A stretch of 64,000 nt of DNA from an uncultured delta proteobacterium. GTDB taxonomy: Bacteria > Desulfobacterota > Zymogenia > Zymogenales > Zymogenaceae. Shown piece after piece: positions 52,335 to 61,909 of the stretch. Location: positions 512,001 through 576,000 of the forward strand of contig CAVTLK010000005.1 of assembly GCA_963735595.1 (NCBI GenBank), written 5' to 3'. The position numbers and the translations under genes were made by a program. A model generated the notes under the pieces. It did not search any database, had not been told where the DNA came from, and worked only from the letters and a program-made list of their open reading frames with translations. Each line of letters opens with the position of its first letter. The first letter of the stretch is position 1.

Positions 52335-52482
52335 ACAACGCTCCTTTTACTGAATCAACGGTTCAAGTATATGGGCATATCTCCGCCGAGTCAATATTTA
52401 TCTTGACAAAAGATAAGATTATTTTACTATAACATCAATATTATCGTCGTTCCATAACCTCTCAGAGCACATGGAGGATAGC

Positions 52483-53958
52483 ATGCTCAAGAAAATCGTC
52501 CTGATCTGTCTGGCAACGGCCGTCCTGGCGGTTCCGCTGTATGCCGCGGAGTGGCAGGACAACCCCGTTTTCATCCGCGGTGTTCAAAAGAACACGATCT
52601 TCACCTACTACGGGACAAGCTTCGGCGGTGGTGACTTCAGCTCGAGGTCCCATGTCCTCGAGACAATCCCCTACGCCCGCCTTGTCATGGCCGACAATGA
52701 TGCCTATATTCATTCCCTTTATGTCGGCTACGTCCATAACCTCTCGGCCGAGCGGAATTTCGGCGCCTTCGTCAGCCATGGCCTGACGTGGAGCAGCTCC
52801 GACGGTCTCTATTACCAGACCTTCCCCACCACCGGGAACTACTACACCGAGAGCTACCGGGATAAGGTCCTCAACTGGGACACGCGCCTGGACCTCGTCT
52901 ACTCCCAGAAGCTCACCGACCGCCTGGCGCTCGGCGCGGCCTTCACGTTTGCCTACACCGACCTCACCGAGAAGACCCATTACGATACGATCGATAGTTC
53001 GGCCGGTTTTGGATTCCGCACGTACGAGTACGCCCTCACCAGCAGCCGCTACAATCTTGCCGGGACGATCGGGGCGGCCTTCAAGGCGACCGATTCCCTC
53101 GAGCTCGACCTGGCCCTCGAAGCGGGCGGTTTCTTCGGGACAAAGGGGTATGAGGAGCACCTCCTCAACTATGAGGATCTCGGCGAGCGGCACGACTACG
53201 ACAACACGGGCGGCCTCGACGGGTTTACCGTCAGGACCAGGCTCGACGGGAAATTTAAGCCCTCGCCCTCGTTCACGATTCCCTTCCGGTTTGCCTATAC
53301 CCACGCCCGCGGACTGGAGAAGTACGACGGCTTCGGGACCTATACGCCGTCGGCGGGCGCCGCGGGCCCCTACTGGAAGGACTACCGCTCCTACTACAAC
53401 ACTAACCGCTTTGACCTCGGCGCGGGCGTGAACCTCTACCCGAAGGGTGACAAGGGGATGGAGGTCTTCCTCTGGGCGCTCTACGCCTATAAGTATGGGG
53501 ATGAGCACCGGTTCAGCACCACCGACAAAACCGGCGTCGGCTTCAACAACGACATGACCGATACCGTCGTGAGGTTCAACAACCATACGGTAGGCCTCTC
53601 GGCCGGCGTAAACGTGCCGATCACCGACGCGCTGAAGCTCTCCGGCGGTCTGAGCTACTCCTATACCTTCCTCAACCTCCGCGAGAATCAGAATTACTAC
53701 CGTAACCTGGCCCAGATCAGCTACTACGACTACGACGGCACGGGATATGAGCGGTCTCTCGCGGCAAACATCGGGATATCCTATATCACGGGCAACCTCA
53801 AGACGACTCTCACCACCTCGATCCCTATCCTCTACAAATCGGATTACCGCCTGGGCGGCGCGCACACCTTCCCCGCCCTCTTTGGGGGCGACCCGATCGG
53901 CTACACCTCAGAGCGTCGCGATTATTCGATCATCCTGTCGATGTCCTATAGCTTCTGA
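52483..53958 (+). CDS. Putative outer-membrane beta-barrel protein, Tyr-rich
   Basis: GGAGG ribosome-binding site, signal peptide, amphipathic strands, C-terminal MSYSF; TTGACA at 52403. Confidence 0.85.
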   Translation: MLKKIVLICLATAVLAVPLYAAEWQDNPVFIRGVQKNTIFTYYGTSFGGGDFSSRSHVLETIPYARLVMADNDAYIHSLYVGYVHNLSAERNFGAFVSHGLTWSSSDGLYYQTFPTTGNYYTESYRDKVLNWDTRLDLVYSQKLTDRLALGAAFTFAYTDLTEKTHYDTIDSSAGFGFRTYEYALTSSRYNLAGTIGAAFKATDSLELDLALEAGGFFGTKGYEEHLLNYEDLGERHDYDNTGGLDGFTVRTRLDGKFKPSPSFTIPFRFAYTHARGLEKYDGFGTYTPSAGAAGPYWKDYRSYYNTNRFDLGAGVNLYPKGDKGMEVFLWALYAYKYGDEHRFSTTDKTGVGFNNDMTDTVVRFNNHTVGLSAGVNVPITDALKLSGGLSYSYTFLNLRENQNYYRNLAQISYYDYDGTGYERSLAANIGISYITGNLKTTLTTSIPILYKSDYRLGGAHTFPALFGGDPIGYTSERRDYSIILSMSYSF

Positions 53959-53991
53959 TCCGTCGCCCGGTAAAGACCGGACGGCATAACG

Positions 53992-54022
53992 ACGGGCCCG
54001 TTATCATCGGGCCCGTTTTTTT
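53992..54022 (+). terminator. Intrinsic terminator
   Basis: ACGGGCCCG-ttatcat-CGGGCCCGT followed by a T tract. Confidence 0.85.
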
Positions 54023-54027
54023 GTCCG

Positions 54028-54110
54028 TCATCGAGCGGATGATCGAGAGGGAGATGGAGAGAGAGGTGAGGGGAGGGAAGTAAGAAGAGAAGGAGGGAGG
54101 GGTCGGGTCT
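54028..54110 (+). repeat. Stranded copy of the 2TM gene 3' end and downstream sequence
   Basis: Aligns with 51859-51942; IERMIEREMEREVRGGK* versus TERMIQREMEKEAKG...; both copies run into AGGGGTCGGGT. Confidence 0.88.
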
Positions 54111-54154
54111 ATAAAGTGAAACAAAACTAAAGATACGCCCCTCTCTTCCCAGAA

Positions 54155-54676
54155 TTAAGGATCACGTTGTGGCATCTTAGGTTTCTTCGAAGGTTTAAGC
54201 CATATATAGGGTGAAGCGTATATTTTTCTTAGGTATTCTTCCCGCTCACTAATATCCTCAAGTTTCTTATTTTCCGATCTAATCTGTTGATAATAATTCA
54301 ACGCTTGTTTTGAAGCTCGACGAACAAATCGTATCGGTAAAAAAAAGAAGGCTGCCACAGCTATCAGTCCAACGCAACTTACGATAAGAAAGCCGTACAG
54401 GGATTCGGTAGGAATTAGGAACTGAGCTAGTATTTGAAGGGCGAATCCCACTAACATGAGTATCGCCCCGGTCCGTGCCTCGATCCCCTGTATTAACCAA
54501 GAAAGTAATAGGTCACAGGCGCCGGGAGAGTAACAGAAACCCCACAAACCCAAGCTTTTTACGTCGCTATATACGCTATCCGGTTTCTTAAATATAAAGC
54601 TACGAGCTATGAAAATGGCACCTAACGCATCTATAAGCATACCGCTTACAGCACAAACGACATTTACCTTCATCAA
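54155..54676 (-). CDS. AT-rich hypothetical membrane protein
   Basis: Three hydrophobic segments; composition differs from the flanks. Confidence 0.7.
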   Translation of the reverse strand: MMKVNVVCAVSGMLIDALGAIFIARSFIFKKPDSVYSDVKSLGLWGFCYSPGACDLLLSWLIQGIEARTGAILMLVGFALQILAQFLIPTESLYGFLIVSCVGLIAVAAFFFLPIRFVRRASKQALNYYQQIRSENKKLEDISEREEYLRKIYASPYIWLKPSKKPKMPQRDP

Positions 54677-54707
54677 TTACTACTGCCTTTAAAACCGATT
54701 TGTTTCC

Positions 54708-55025
54708 TTACTTCTTTTCCTCCCTCCACCCAATCTCCACCAGCCAGAGTCCGTCGCCGGACTTGACGAGCTGGGAGAAGCCCTCGAATCCTTCCACGTC
54801 CGACACCATGATCCAGGGCGACGCGTTGAGGGCGGCGAGTGCCTCGGGGGTGGCATTTCCGTCGTCGGCGAACGCGAGCCTACCGCCGGGCGCAAACCGC
54901 GCGTGGCGGGCGGCCGTGATCACCGGCAGCATGAATTCGGTCGGTTCACGCCGGGAAACGACCTGTTCTTCCCGGAGATAGTCGGTCATAACTTCATTCA
55001 TCTTCTTTCGTCGGTCGGCTGTCAT
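54708..55025 (-). CDS. Hypothetical protein
   Basis: GGAGG ribosome-binding site before ATG 55025; host-like codon usage. Confidence 0.65.
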   Translation of the reverse strand: MTADRRKKMNEVMTDYLREEQVVSRREPTEFMLPVITAARHARFAPGGRLAFADDGNATPEALAALNASPWIMVSDVEGFEGFSQLVKSGDGLWLVEIGWREEKK

Positions 55026-55185
55026 CTCTTTTAGCCCTCCCTTTTTCACCTGCCGTCTTTGTCCCCGCGGCATTCGTCGGGAATAGTACTGACACTATAC
55101 GTAATTATACCTTTTATTTACGGGAGATGGGTTTATTTAATTACGTACGGTGTCGCCACAATTCCCCGAAATCCCCTTAACCCCC

Positions 55186-56923
55186 TTAACCCGAATAGGC
55201 CTTCAGGGAATACTCCAGCACCATCCGGTGGGTGTTGAAGAACGAGCCGTTGATGGCAATCGCGTTGCGCATGACGTTTATCCAGTCGTCCCGCTCGTGG
55301 TAGAACATCGGGATGATGACATACTCCAACTTGCCGTAGAGAGACTCGGCGTGTTCCCTGTCGCTGCTTTCCTGCTCGCGCGCCTGCCCGACGGCCCACC
55401 CGGTAAGCCCCTCGATGCACCCCTCGATCCACCAGCCGTCCAGGACGCTCAGCGACGGTACGCCGTTGTGGGCGGTCTTCATACCGGACGTCCCGGAGGC
55501 CTCGAGGGGCTTCTTGGGCGTATTGAGCCACAGGTCCACGCCCGCCACCAGCAGCTTTGCCACCTCGATGTCGTAGTTCTCGAGGTAGACGACCTTGATA
55601 TCGTTCTTGAGCTGCCGGGAGAGGTCGACTATCCGTTTAATCAGGTCTTTGCCCGGCCAGTCGTGGGGGTGCGCCTTGCCGCCGAAGATGAGCTGTATCG
55701 GCCCGGCCTGCCTGGAAATCTCGATGAGCTGGTTTACGTCGTGAAAGATCAGGTCGGCCCGTTTATAGGCGGTGGCCCTGCGGGCACACCCGATGGTCAT
55801 TATATGCGGGTCGAGCCCGGCGCCGGTTCGGCCGTTCACGCAGTCGATGAGCCGGACCTTCGCCTCCTGGTGGGCCGCCCATATCTCGTCCTTGGGGATA
55901 CTCAGGGCATACCGGAGGCTGAACGATTCGCGCTGCCATCCGGGGATATAGGTATCGAAGAGCCTCGCCAGGCCCTCGCACACCCAGGTCGCCGAATGCA
56001 CGCCGTTGGTTATCGAATCGATCTGGTAGCCGGGGAACATCTCCCGCGATACCTTCCCGTGCTGCTTGGCGACCCCGTTGTGATAGCGGCTGAGGTTGAG
56101 CGCAAGCAGGGTCATGTTCAGCGCGTCGTTGCCGCCGATTTCCCGGAGGAAGTCAAGCGGGACGTAGTCGCCCAGGACCTGCTGGACGAGGTCGTAGGGG
56201 AACTGGTCCATCCCGGCCGGAACGGGCGTGTGCGTGGTGAATACGCATTGTTTCTTTACGCCGTGGATGTCCCAGACGGGGTCGCAGTCCCTTTTTGACT
56301 CGTTGAGGAGCGTGAGCACCAACAGGGCCGAATGCCCCTCGTTCATATGATACCGGTCGAGCGAGGTATACCCCAGCTCCCGCAGCATCGTCAGGCCGCC
56401 GATCCCGAGGATCACCTCCTGGCAGAGGCGGTAGCGCCGGTCCCCCCCGTAGAGGTGGTAGGTCAGCTCCCTGTCGGCCCCGGCGTTTTCCGGGACGTCG
56501 GCGTCCAGGAATATCACCGGCAGGCAATGGCCGGCTACCCCCCGCACGGTGTACATCCACGCCTGGATGACGACGGGCCTGCCTTCTATCTGCACCGTGA
56601 CGCGGGCGGGCAGGAGGGCCAGCAATTCGCACGGGGTTCCACTCGTCCGGCAGCTCCTCCTGGCATCCCTGGTCGTTGATCTTCTGGCGGAAGTATCCCT
56701 TTTTTGTCAGCAGGCTGACCGCCACCATCGGCACGCCCAGGTCGGCGCACGACCGTATCGTATCGGCGGCCAGGACCCCCAGGCCCCCGCTGTAGGTCGC
56801 GATCCGTGAGTCGATGCCTATTTCCATCGAGAAATAGGCCACCCTCCGCTCGTCCTTTAGAAGTATATCCCCCGGAGGGCAGTCTTGCCCGAAATCCCGC
56901 CTGGCCGTATCATCCATGTTCAT
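55186..56923 (-). CDS. glgP: Alpha-glucan phosphorylase, frameshifted at 56633-56636
   Basis: [39 protein letters not shown] and EASGTSGMK motifs; removing one C from AACCCCG joins the two ORFs. Confidence 0.95.
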
Positions 56924-58229
56924 TACCCGCCAGGGAGCTTTGCACCTGCGAGATTTCGACCTCTTTCTCCTGCCCCGTCTTCATGTCCTTGATCTTGACC
57001 ATCCCGCGGGAAAGCTCGTCGGGCGCCACGATGACGACCTGTGCGGCGCCGGACCTGTCGGCATAGGCGAATTTCTTCTTGAGCTTTCCGCCGTCGGTAT
57101 AGACGTCGGTATTGACCCCGGCGGCCCGCAGCTCGTGGGCGATCTTCATCGCCGGGCCCATCTCGGCCTCCCCGAAGGCGATGACCAGCACCGCCGCGGC
57201 GGACCCCGCATCGGCAAACAGACCCGTCTCGTTTACCACGTCTATGATGCGCTCCAGCCCCAGGGCCATGCCCGTGGCCGGCACGTCGATGCCGGTGAAG
57301 AGCCCGATCACCCCGTCGTACCGCCCGCCGCCGGCGAGGCTGCCGATCTTTGGGGCGGTGACCACCGTCTCGAAAACCGGGCCGGTATAGTAGGCAAGGC
57401 CCCGGGCCAGGCGCGGGGCAAACGAGACGCGCGTGGGGTCAATGCCGGCCTCGGAAAGGAGCCGGAATATCTTCGTGAGGTCTGCGAGCGCCCCGGCCGC
57501 GAGTTCGTTTCCGGAAAGCTCGCCGCCCATGCGGGCGAGGTCGGCCGCCGCGTCCCCCGTTGTCCCGGTGAGCGAGAAGAGCGAGTCTATCGCCGCCGCC
57601 GAAAATTTCGCCTCGGCAAACTCCGCCCTGACGGCCTCCTCTCCGACCTTATCGAGCTTATCCAGGACGCGCATGGCAGCGGCGGCGCGCGTCTCGTCGA
57701 TGCCGATGTGCGCCATGATCCCTGCCAGGAGCTTCCGGTGGTTGACGAGCGTCACCGAGCTCTTGAAGCCCAGGTCGCCCATGACATCGGTAATGAGCGC
57801 GATGATCTCGGTGTCGGCCGCAGCGTCCCTGACCCCGACGATATCCGCGTCGCACTGGAAGAACTCACGAAGCCTCCCGCGCTGGGGCTTTTCGGCCCGC
57901 CAGACCGGCTGGATCTGGTAACGCTTGAACGGCATGACGATCTTGTCCTGATACTGGGCGATGACCCGGCACATGGGCACGGTCAGGTCATACTTGAGGG
58001 CCACCTCCCTGCCCCCCTTGTAGGCCAGGTCAAAGATCAGCCCCTCGCCCTCGTCGCCGTATTTGCCGGTGAGGATATCGTAATACTCCATGGCGGGGGT
58101 GGCCAGCGGGGCAAAGCCGTAGGTCTCGAACCGCTTCTTGATGATGCCGATGACGTGCTCGCGCACGCGCATATCGTCGGGGAGGAAATCCCGGGTGCCC
58201 TTCATGATCCGTGGTTTGATGATGTCCAT
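56910..58229 (-). CDS. hisS: Histidine--tRNA ligase
   Basis: [44 protein letters not shown] and GGGRYD motifs. Confidence 0.98.
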   Translation of the reverse strand: MDIIKPRIMKGTRDFLPDDMRVREHVIGIIKKRFETYGFAPLATPAMEYYDILTGKYGDEGEGLIFDLAYKGGREVALKYDLTVPMCRVIAQYQDKIVMPFKRYQIQPVWRAEKPQRGRLREFFQCDADIVGVRDAAADTEIIALITDVMGDLGFKSSVTLVNHRKLLAGIMAHIGIDETRAAAAMRVLDKLDKVGEEAVRAEFAEAKFSAAAIDSLFSLTGTTGDAAADLARMGGELSGNELAAGALADLTKIFRLLSEAGIDPTRVSFAPRLARGLAYYTGPVFETVVTAPKIGSLAGGGRYDGVIGLFTGIDVPATGMALGLERIIDVVNETGLFADAGSAAAVLVIAFGEAEMGPAMKIAHELRAAGVNTDVYTDGGKLKKKFAYADRSGAAQVVIVAPDELSRGMVKIKDMKTGQEKEVEISQVQSSLAGNEHG

Positions 58230-58408
58230 GTCGGTCTATTTTTTCCTGTATTGAATTGGGTGGCGGACGTCCCTTTTGTATCAGAAGCGGCCAGAAAAGT
58301 CAACAAACGGCGCCCGGCCCGTGTTTCGGTTCACCGCGCGGCAAAGGCGCCGGCCGGCTGCCCGCCATGAGTGTGCTGAAATATACCGAAATATGCCCCA
58401 TTTTTTTC

Positions 58409-58438
58409 TTGACAACCGATAAATAGCCGTGCGAAAAT
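58409..58438 (+). promoter_or_regulatory. Putative sigma70 promoter of the RRM gene
   Basis: TTGACA-18 nt-GAAAAT with a TG extension; implies a leader of about 200 nt. Confidence 0.5.
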
Positions 58439-58652
58439 AACCAAAAATCGGGTATTGGTGCCCGAGTGAAGGTGCTGCCGGAGAGGGAGTTTGACTGCCT
58501 TCCTTGAGGTGATCAGCGAACTTAAAGGCGGCTTTTTTATTTTCTGATTCTCGTGTTTAACATACTGTTCTGTGCGCCGAGGTCCTTCAGCATTTCTCAC
58601 TTCCACCTCCCCAGAAGTTCAGTGTTAGCAGGAGAGTAAGAAGGAGTTGAAG

Positions 58653-58949
58653 ATGCAGGAAAACAAGTTGTTTGTCGGAAACCTCACCTACTCGGTCACG
58701 ACCGAGGAACTCACCGATCTCTTTTCCAACCACGGCACGGTTGTCGAGGCCAAGGTTATCGAGGGAAAGGGCTTTGGGTTTGTCGAGATGTCCTCCAAGG
58801 AAGAGGCCGACGCGGCCAAGGAGGCCCTGAACGGCACGGACTTTTCCGGAAGGACCCTGAACGTGGATACGGCAAAGCCGCCGCGAAGCAGGGACGACAG
58901 GGGCGGCGGTAACCGGGGCGGCGGCGGCGGAGGCTTTCGCCGGTACTAA
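58653..58949 (+). CDS. RRM RNA-binding protein with Gly/Arg tail
   Basis: RNP2 LFVGNL and RNP1 KGFGFVEM motifs. Confidence 0.95.
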   Translation: MQENKLFVGNLTYSVTTEELTDLFSNHGTVVEAKVIEGKGFGFVEMSSKEEADAAKEALNGTDFSGRTLNVDTAKPPRSRDDRGGGNRGGGGGGFRRY

Positions 58950-58967
58950 ACCAATCGGTTTTTAGCC

Positions 58968-58999
58968 AAAAAAAGGAGGGAACTATCCCTCCTTTTTTT
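58968..58999. terminator. Bidirectional intrinsic terminator
   Basis: AAAAAAAGGAGGGA-acta-TCCCTCCTTTTTTT. Confidence 0.88.
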
Positions 59000-59172
59000 A
59001 TTGGGCGCGAAAATGCGTTACAGGACACACTCGGTATGGAGTAACGGCTTAATCGACTATGAGACACCGGGTCGCTGATCTCCTTCTCCTCGCGTGGGAG
59101 GCGCGCCGGTTTATGACCTCTTTTCGGGGAGGTGGATTCAAGGATTTTTCGCAGCGGGGGGGGCCTTGACGA

Positions 59173-59472
59173 TTATTCCTTTCGCCTGAGGTCCTCCCGG
59201 AAGTTGAGGGCCACGTAAAGGTTAAAGGCCACCTCCGGCGGGAACAGTGCGACCCGATCGCCGTCTTTGACGTGATCGTCGAAAGCGGCGATCGTTCCGT
59301 TTATCATGATCATCCTGACACAGTCCTTCGTGATACCAACGATGGATACGATCTCCTCGACGGACGAGCCGTCTTCGACCTCCAGGTCTATTTCGCCTAC
59401 CGGGCCGCAGTCAATACGTTCCCTCAGGGAAGCAAAGAGCTTTGCTGTTATCTTGATCGTGTTCAGGGTCAT
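59173..59472 (-). CDS. MoaD/ThiS-like protein without C-terminal GG
   Basis: KLFASLRE, ING and DGDRVALFPP followed by a 20-aa tail. Confidence 0.85.
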   Translation of the reverse strand: MTLNTIKITAKLFASLRERIDCGPVGEIDLEVEDGSSVEEIVSIVGITKDCVRMIMINGTIAAFDDHVKDGDRVALFPPEVAFNLYVALNFREDLRRKE

Positions 59473-59565
59473 TCCAGCACCCTCATGGGTTAGTACGCAG
59501 ACACCCGTTTACGGGCCCGTAAAGTGAGACGGATACTATTCTTCCGCGTGCCTGATCGCACCGTA

Positions 59566-59802
59566 TCAGCCGCCGGCGATCGGGGGGAATATCCCCACCC
59601 GGTTGTCCTCGCTCAGCGGGGTTTCTTTTGTTCCATGAATGCCGTTGACGAAAATGATCTTCTTGATGTTATCGGGTATCCCCAGCAGGGCAAGGATATC
59701 CCCCACGGTGCTTCCGCGGGGGATATCCATGATAGCGTGTCCTGTGCGTTCATCCGATGAGTATTTTCTGAATCCGGCAAAGAGTTTTATCTCGACCTTC
59801 AT
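59566..59802 (-). CDS. MoaD/ThiS-family sulfur carrier
   Basis: KLFAGFR, FVNG and terminal FPPIAGG. Confidence 0.93.
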   Translation of the reverse strand: MKVEIKLFAGFRKYSSDERTGHAIMDIPRGSTVGDILALLGIPDNIKKIIFVNGIHGTKETPLSEDNRVGIFPPIAGG

Positions 59803-59900
59803 GGCTTACGGGAGTTGTTTCCATTCATAGCGAAATCCCGGCGTTATCCCCGCGCGGCTCTGCGATCGGAGGCGGCGGCGCCGGCCCGTGGTATTCGGGA

Positions 59901-61631
59901 CTAAAAGTTGAAAACCTCATCGAGTTGGGCGTCGGTAACCTCGAACACCTTGCCGTGCGGTTTCAATGTCTCGGTCAAGAAGAATTTCGGCAGGCGATCA
60001 TCCGCGCTGGTCAACCCGGCCTTCCGGTTAAACTCCCGCTCCGTCTTGAGTATCCGCTTGCCGAGAGCAAGCACGTCATCGGCGGTGAGTTTCAGCCCGT
60101 ACTGGGCGTTGAGCATCTCATAGATGCCCTCGAAACCGGCAGGGATGTCCAGGATCGCGAAGGCCACGAAAACGCACATACCCGCGGTATCCAGGGCGGC
60201 CGTGGCTATTTGGAGGTTCCTGGATGTATCGACCTGCCCCTCCGGTTTCAGGGGATCCACAAAACCTCCAACCTTCAGGATGTTGGGGGCGATCGCGTAT
60301 CCGGCGGTATGGTCGGCGCCCATCGTCGAGGTGGCATAGGTGACCCCGATGCCCATAATGGGCCTCGGATCATACGCGGGGAGCCCCTGACCCTTCACCA
60401 CGGGCACCCGGGACACGTTGTACGCCTTGCCGACGGATGCCGCACCGTTACCGAGGATTAGGCCGAGCTCCGAACCTTTTGGCACTTCCTTGATCAATTC
60501 AATAGCCCCCTTGGCATCACCGAATTTCTTGACGCCGGCCTCCATCGCCACGGCGACCGCGTCCCCCCATTCGATAGTGTCCAGGCCGTAGTCGTCACAA
60601 TGGCGGTCTATCTGGGCGATTGCGTCCAGGTCATCGATCCCGCAGTTGGCCCCGTTTGCCCATATCGTCTCGTACTCCGGTCCCTTCGTGACGTACTTGC
60701 CGTCCTTGTCGTGGTAGATGCGGGAACACTGGATTACGCATCCGGGCATGCACCCGTGGGCGATTTTCCCGCCCCGTTCAAGGATCACGTCGTGCTGCCT
60801 TTCACCGCTGATCTTTTCCACCCCCTCAAATCTCCCCTCGGAAAAGTTCCGTGTCGGGTAACCGCCGGCCTCGTTGATGATGTTTGCCAGGACGTTCGTT
60901 CCATAGGTTGGAAGGCCCTGACTGGTAACGGGATGGGTCTTGAGGGCATCCAGAAGCTTCTTCGATGCCTTCTTGAATCCTTCGGGATCCACGGGTTTGG
61001 CATACTGCCCGCCGCTATCGTCGATGACAACGGCTTTCAGCCCCTTTGATCCCATGACAGCTCCTACTCCTCCCCGGCCCGCGTGCCGCGTGGGACGATT
61101 CTCACGGTCCGTGATCGCAACGGATGCCGCCTTGAGGAGCATTTCCCCCGCTTGTCCGATGGAAGCGTATCCGACCTTCTGCCCGAACTTCGCGGTAAGA
61201 TGTGCCACGGTGTCGTAGTTACCCAAGCCCTTCAGATCGTCTGCGGGCTCGATCGTGCCTCCGTCCTTGGACAGGATGAGCTTATAAAACTTGTTTCCCT
61301 TCGGTTTCCCCTCCACGACCACCGCGGCGATCCCCATCCTGCCGAGTTTGTTGCCCACCACGCCGCCCGAGTTGGATTCCTTGATGCCGCCGGTTAGCGG
61401 GCTCTTGCACCCCACGGATAGACGTCCGGCGTTCGGGGCGGGCGTGTTATTCAGGAGACCGGGGGCAAACACCAGCTTATTCTCGGGTCCCAGGGGGTCG
61501 CATGTCGGCGGCACCTCCGCCGCCACGATGGTTGAGGTAAGACCCCTGCCGCCCAAGCCCCGGTAGGCTTCGGGTACCGATTCTACCCTGACCGTAAGAT
61601 CATCCATGTTGACCCGTAAAATCTTGTCCAT
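59901..61631 (-). CDS. aor: Aldehyde:ferredoxin oxidoreductase, tungstopterin family
   Basis: KSPLTGGIKESNSGG, GRGGVGAVMGSKGLKA, C..GC..QC, PEYET, D.YGLDTI and PAYDPR motifs. Confidence 0.95.
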   Translation of the reverse strand: MDKILRVNMDDLTVRVESVPEAYRGLGGRGLTSTIVAAEVPPTCDPLGPENKLVFAPGLLNNTPAPNAGRLSVGCKSPLTGGIKESNSGGVVGNKLGRMGIAAVVVEGKPKGNKFYKLILSKDGGTIEPADDLKGLGNYDTVAHLTAKFGQKVGYASIGQAGEMLLKAASVAITDRENRPTRHAGRGGVGAVMGSKGLKAVVIDDSGGQYAKPVDPEGFKKASKKLLDALKTHPVTSQGLPTYGTNVLANIINEAGGYPTRNFSEGRFEGVEKISGERQHDVILERGGKIAHGCMPGCVIQCSRIYHDKDGKYVTKGPEYETIWANGANCGIDDLDAIAQIDRHCDDYGLDTIEWGDAVAVAMEAGVKKFGDAKGAIELIKEVPKGSELGLILGNGAASVGKAYNVSRVPVVKGQGLPAYDPRPIMGIGVTYATSTMGADHTAGYAIAPNILKVGGFVDPLKPEGQVDTSRNLQIATAALDTAGMCVFVAFAILDIPAGFEGIYEMLNAQYGLKLTADDVLALGKRILKTEREFNRKAGLTSADDRLPKFFLTETLKPHGKVFEVTDAQLDEVFNF

Positions 61632-61690
61632 GGCAATCTCCTTCATAATGTATATGAAAGCATAGTGAGGTTAAAGAGCGTGATGAAAAT

Positions 61691-61747
61691 AAAAAAAGGA
61701 AGAAACCCCGACGAGCCTGTGAACTGCTTCGTCGGCCTCTCTTCCTT
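61691..61747 (-). terminator. Leader terminator (riboswitch expression platform)
   Basis: Minus strand AAGGAAGAGAGGCCGACGAAGC-loop-GCTCGTCGGGGTTTCTTCCTTTTTTT; the 5' arm overlaps the aptamer 3' end. Confidence 0.75.
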
Positions 61748-61828
61748 TGCAAACACGGCAGGGTAGCGAATTGCTTCGCGACCCCTATCGTCCCGGACAT
61801 CCCAGATGGATCTCCGGGATCGGAAGCG
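61739..61828 (-). ncRNA. Moco/tungsten-cofactor-type riboswitch candidate
   Basis: P1 CTTCC/GGAAG, stem TCCCGGA/TCCGGGA, stem GGGGT-CGCGAA-GCAA-TTCGC-TACCCT with GNRA loop, then CTGCCGT..TTTGCAAAGGA; sits upstream of aor-moaD. Confidence 0.75.
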
Positions 61829-61909
61829 CCTATCTATATGTGTACGGCTTAATTTGTATACGAATTATGAGTATTTGTCAAGAAGTTTTTCCCTGGCTAT
61901 AAATATCTC

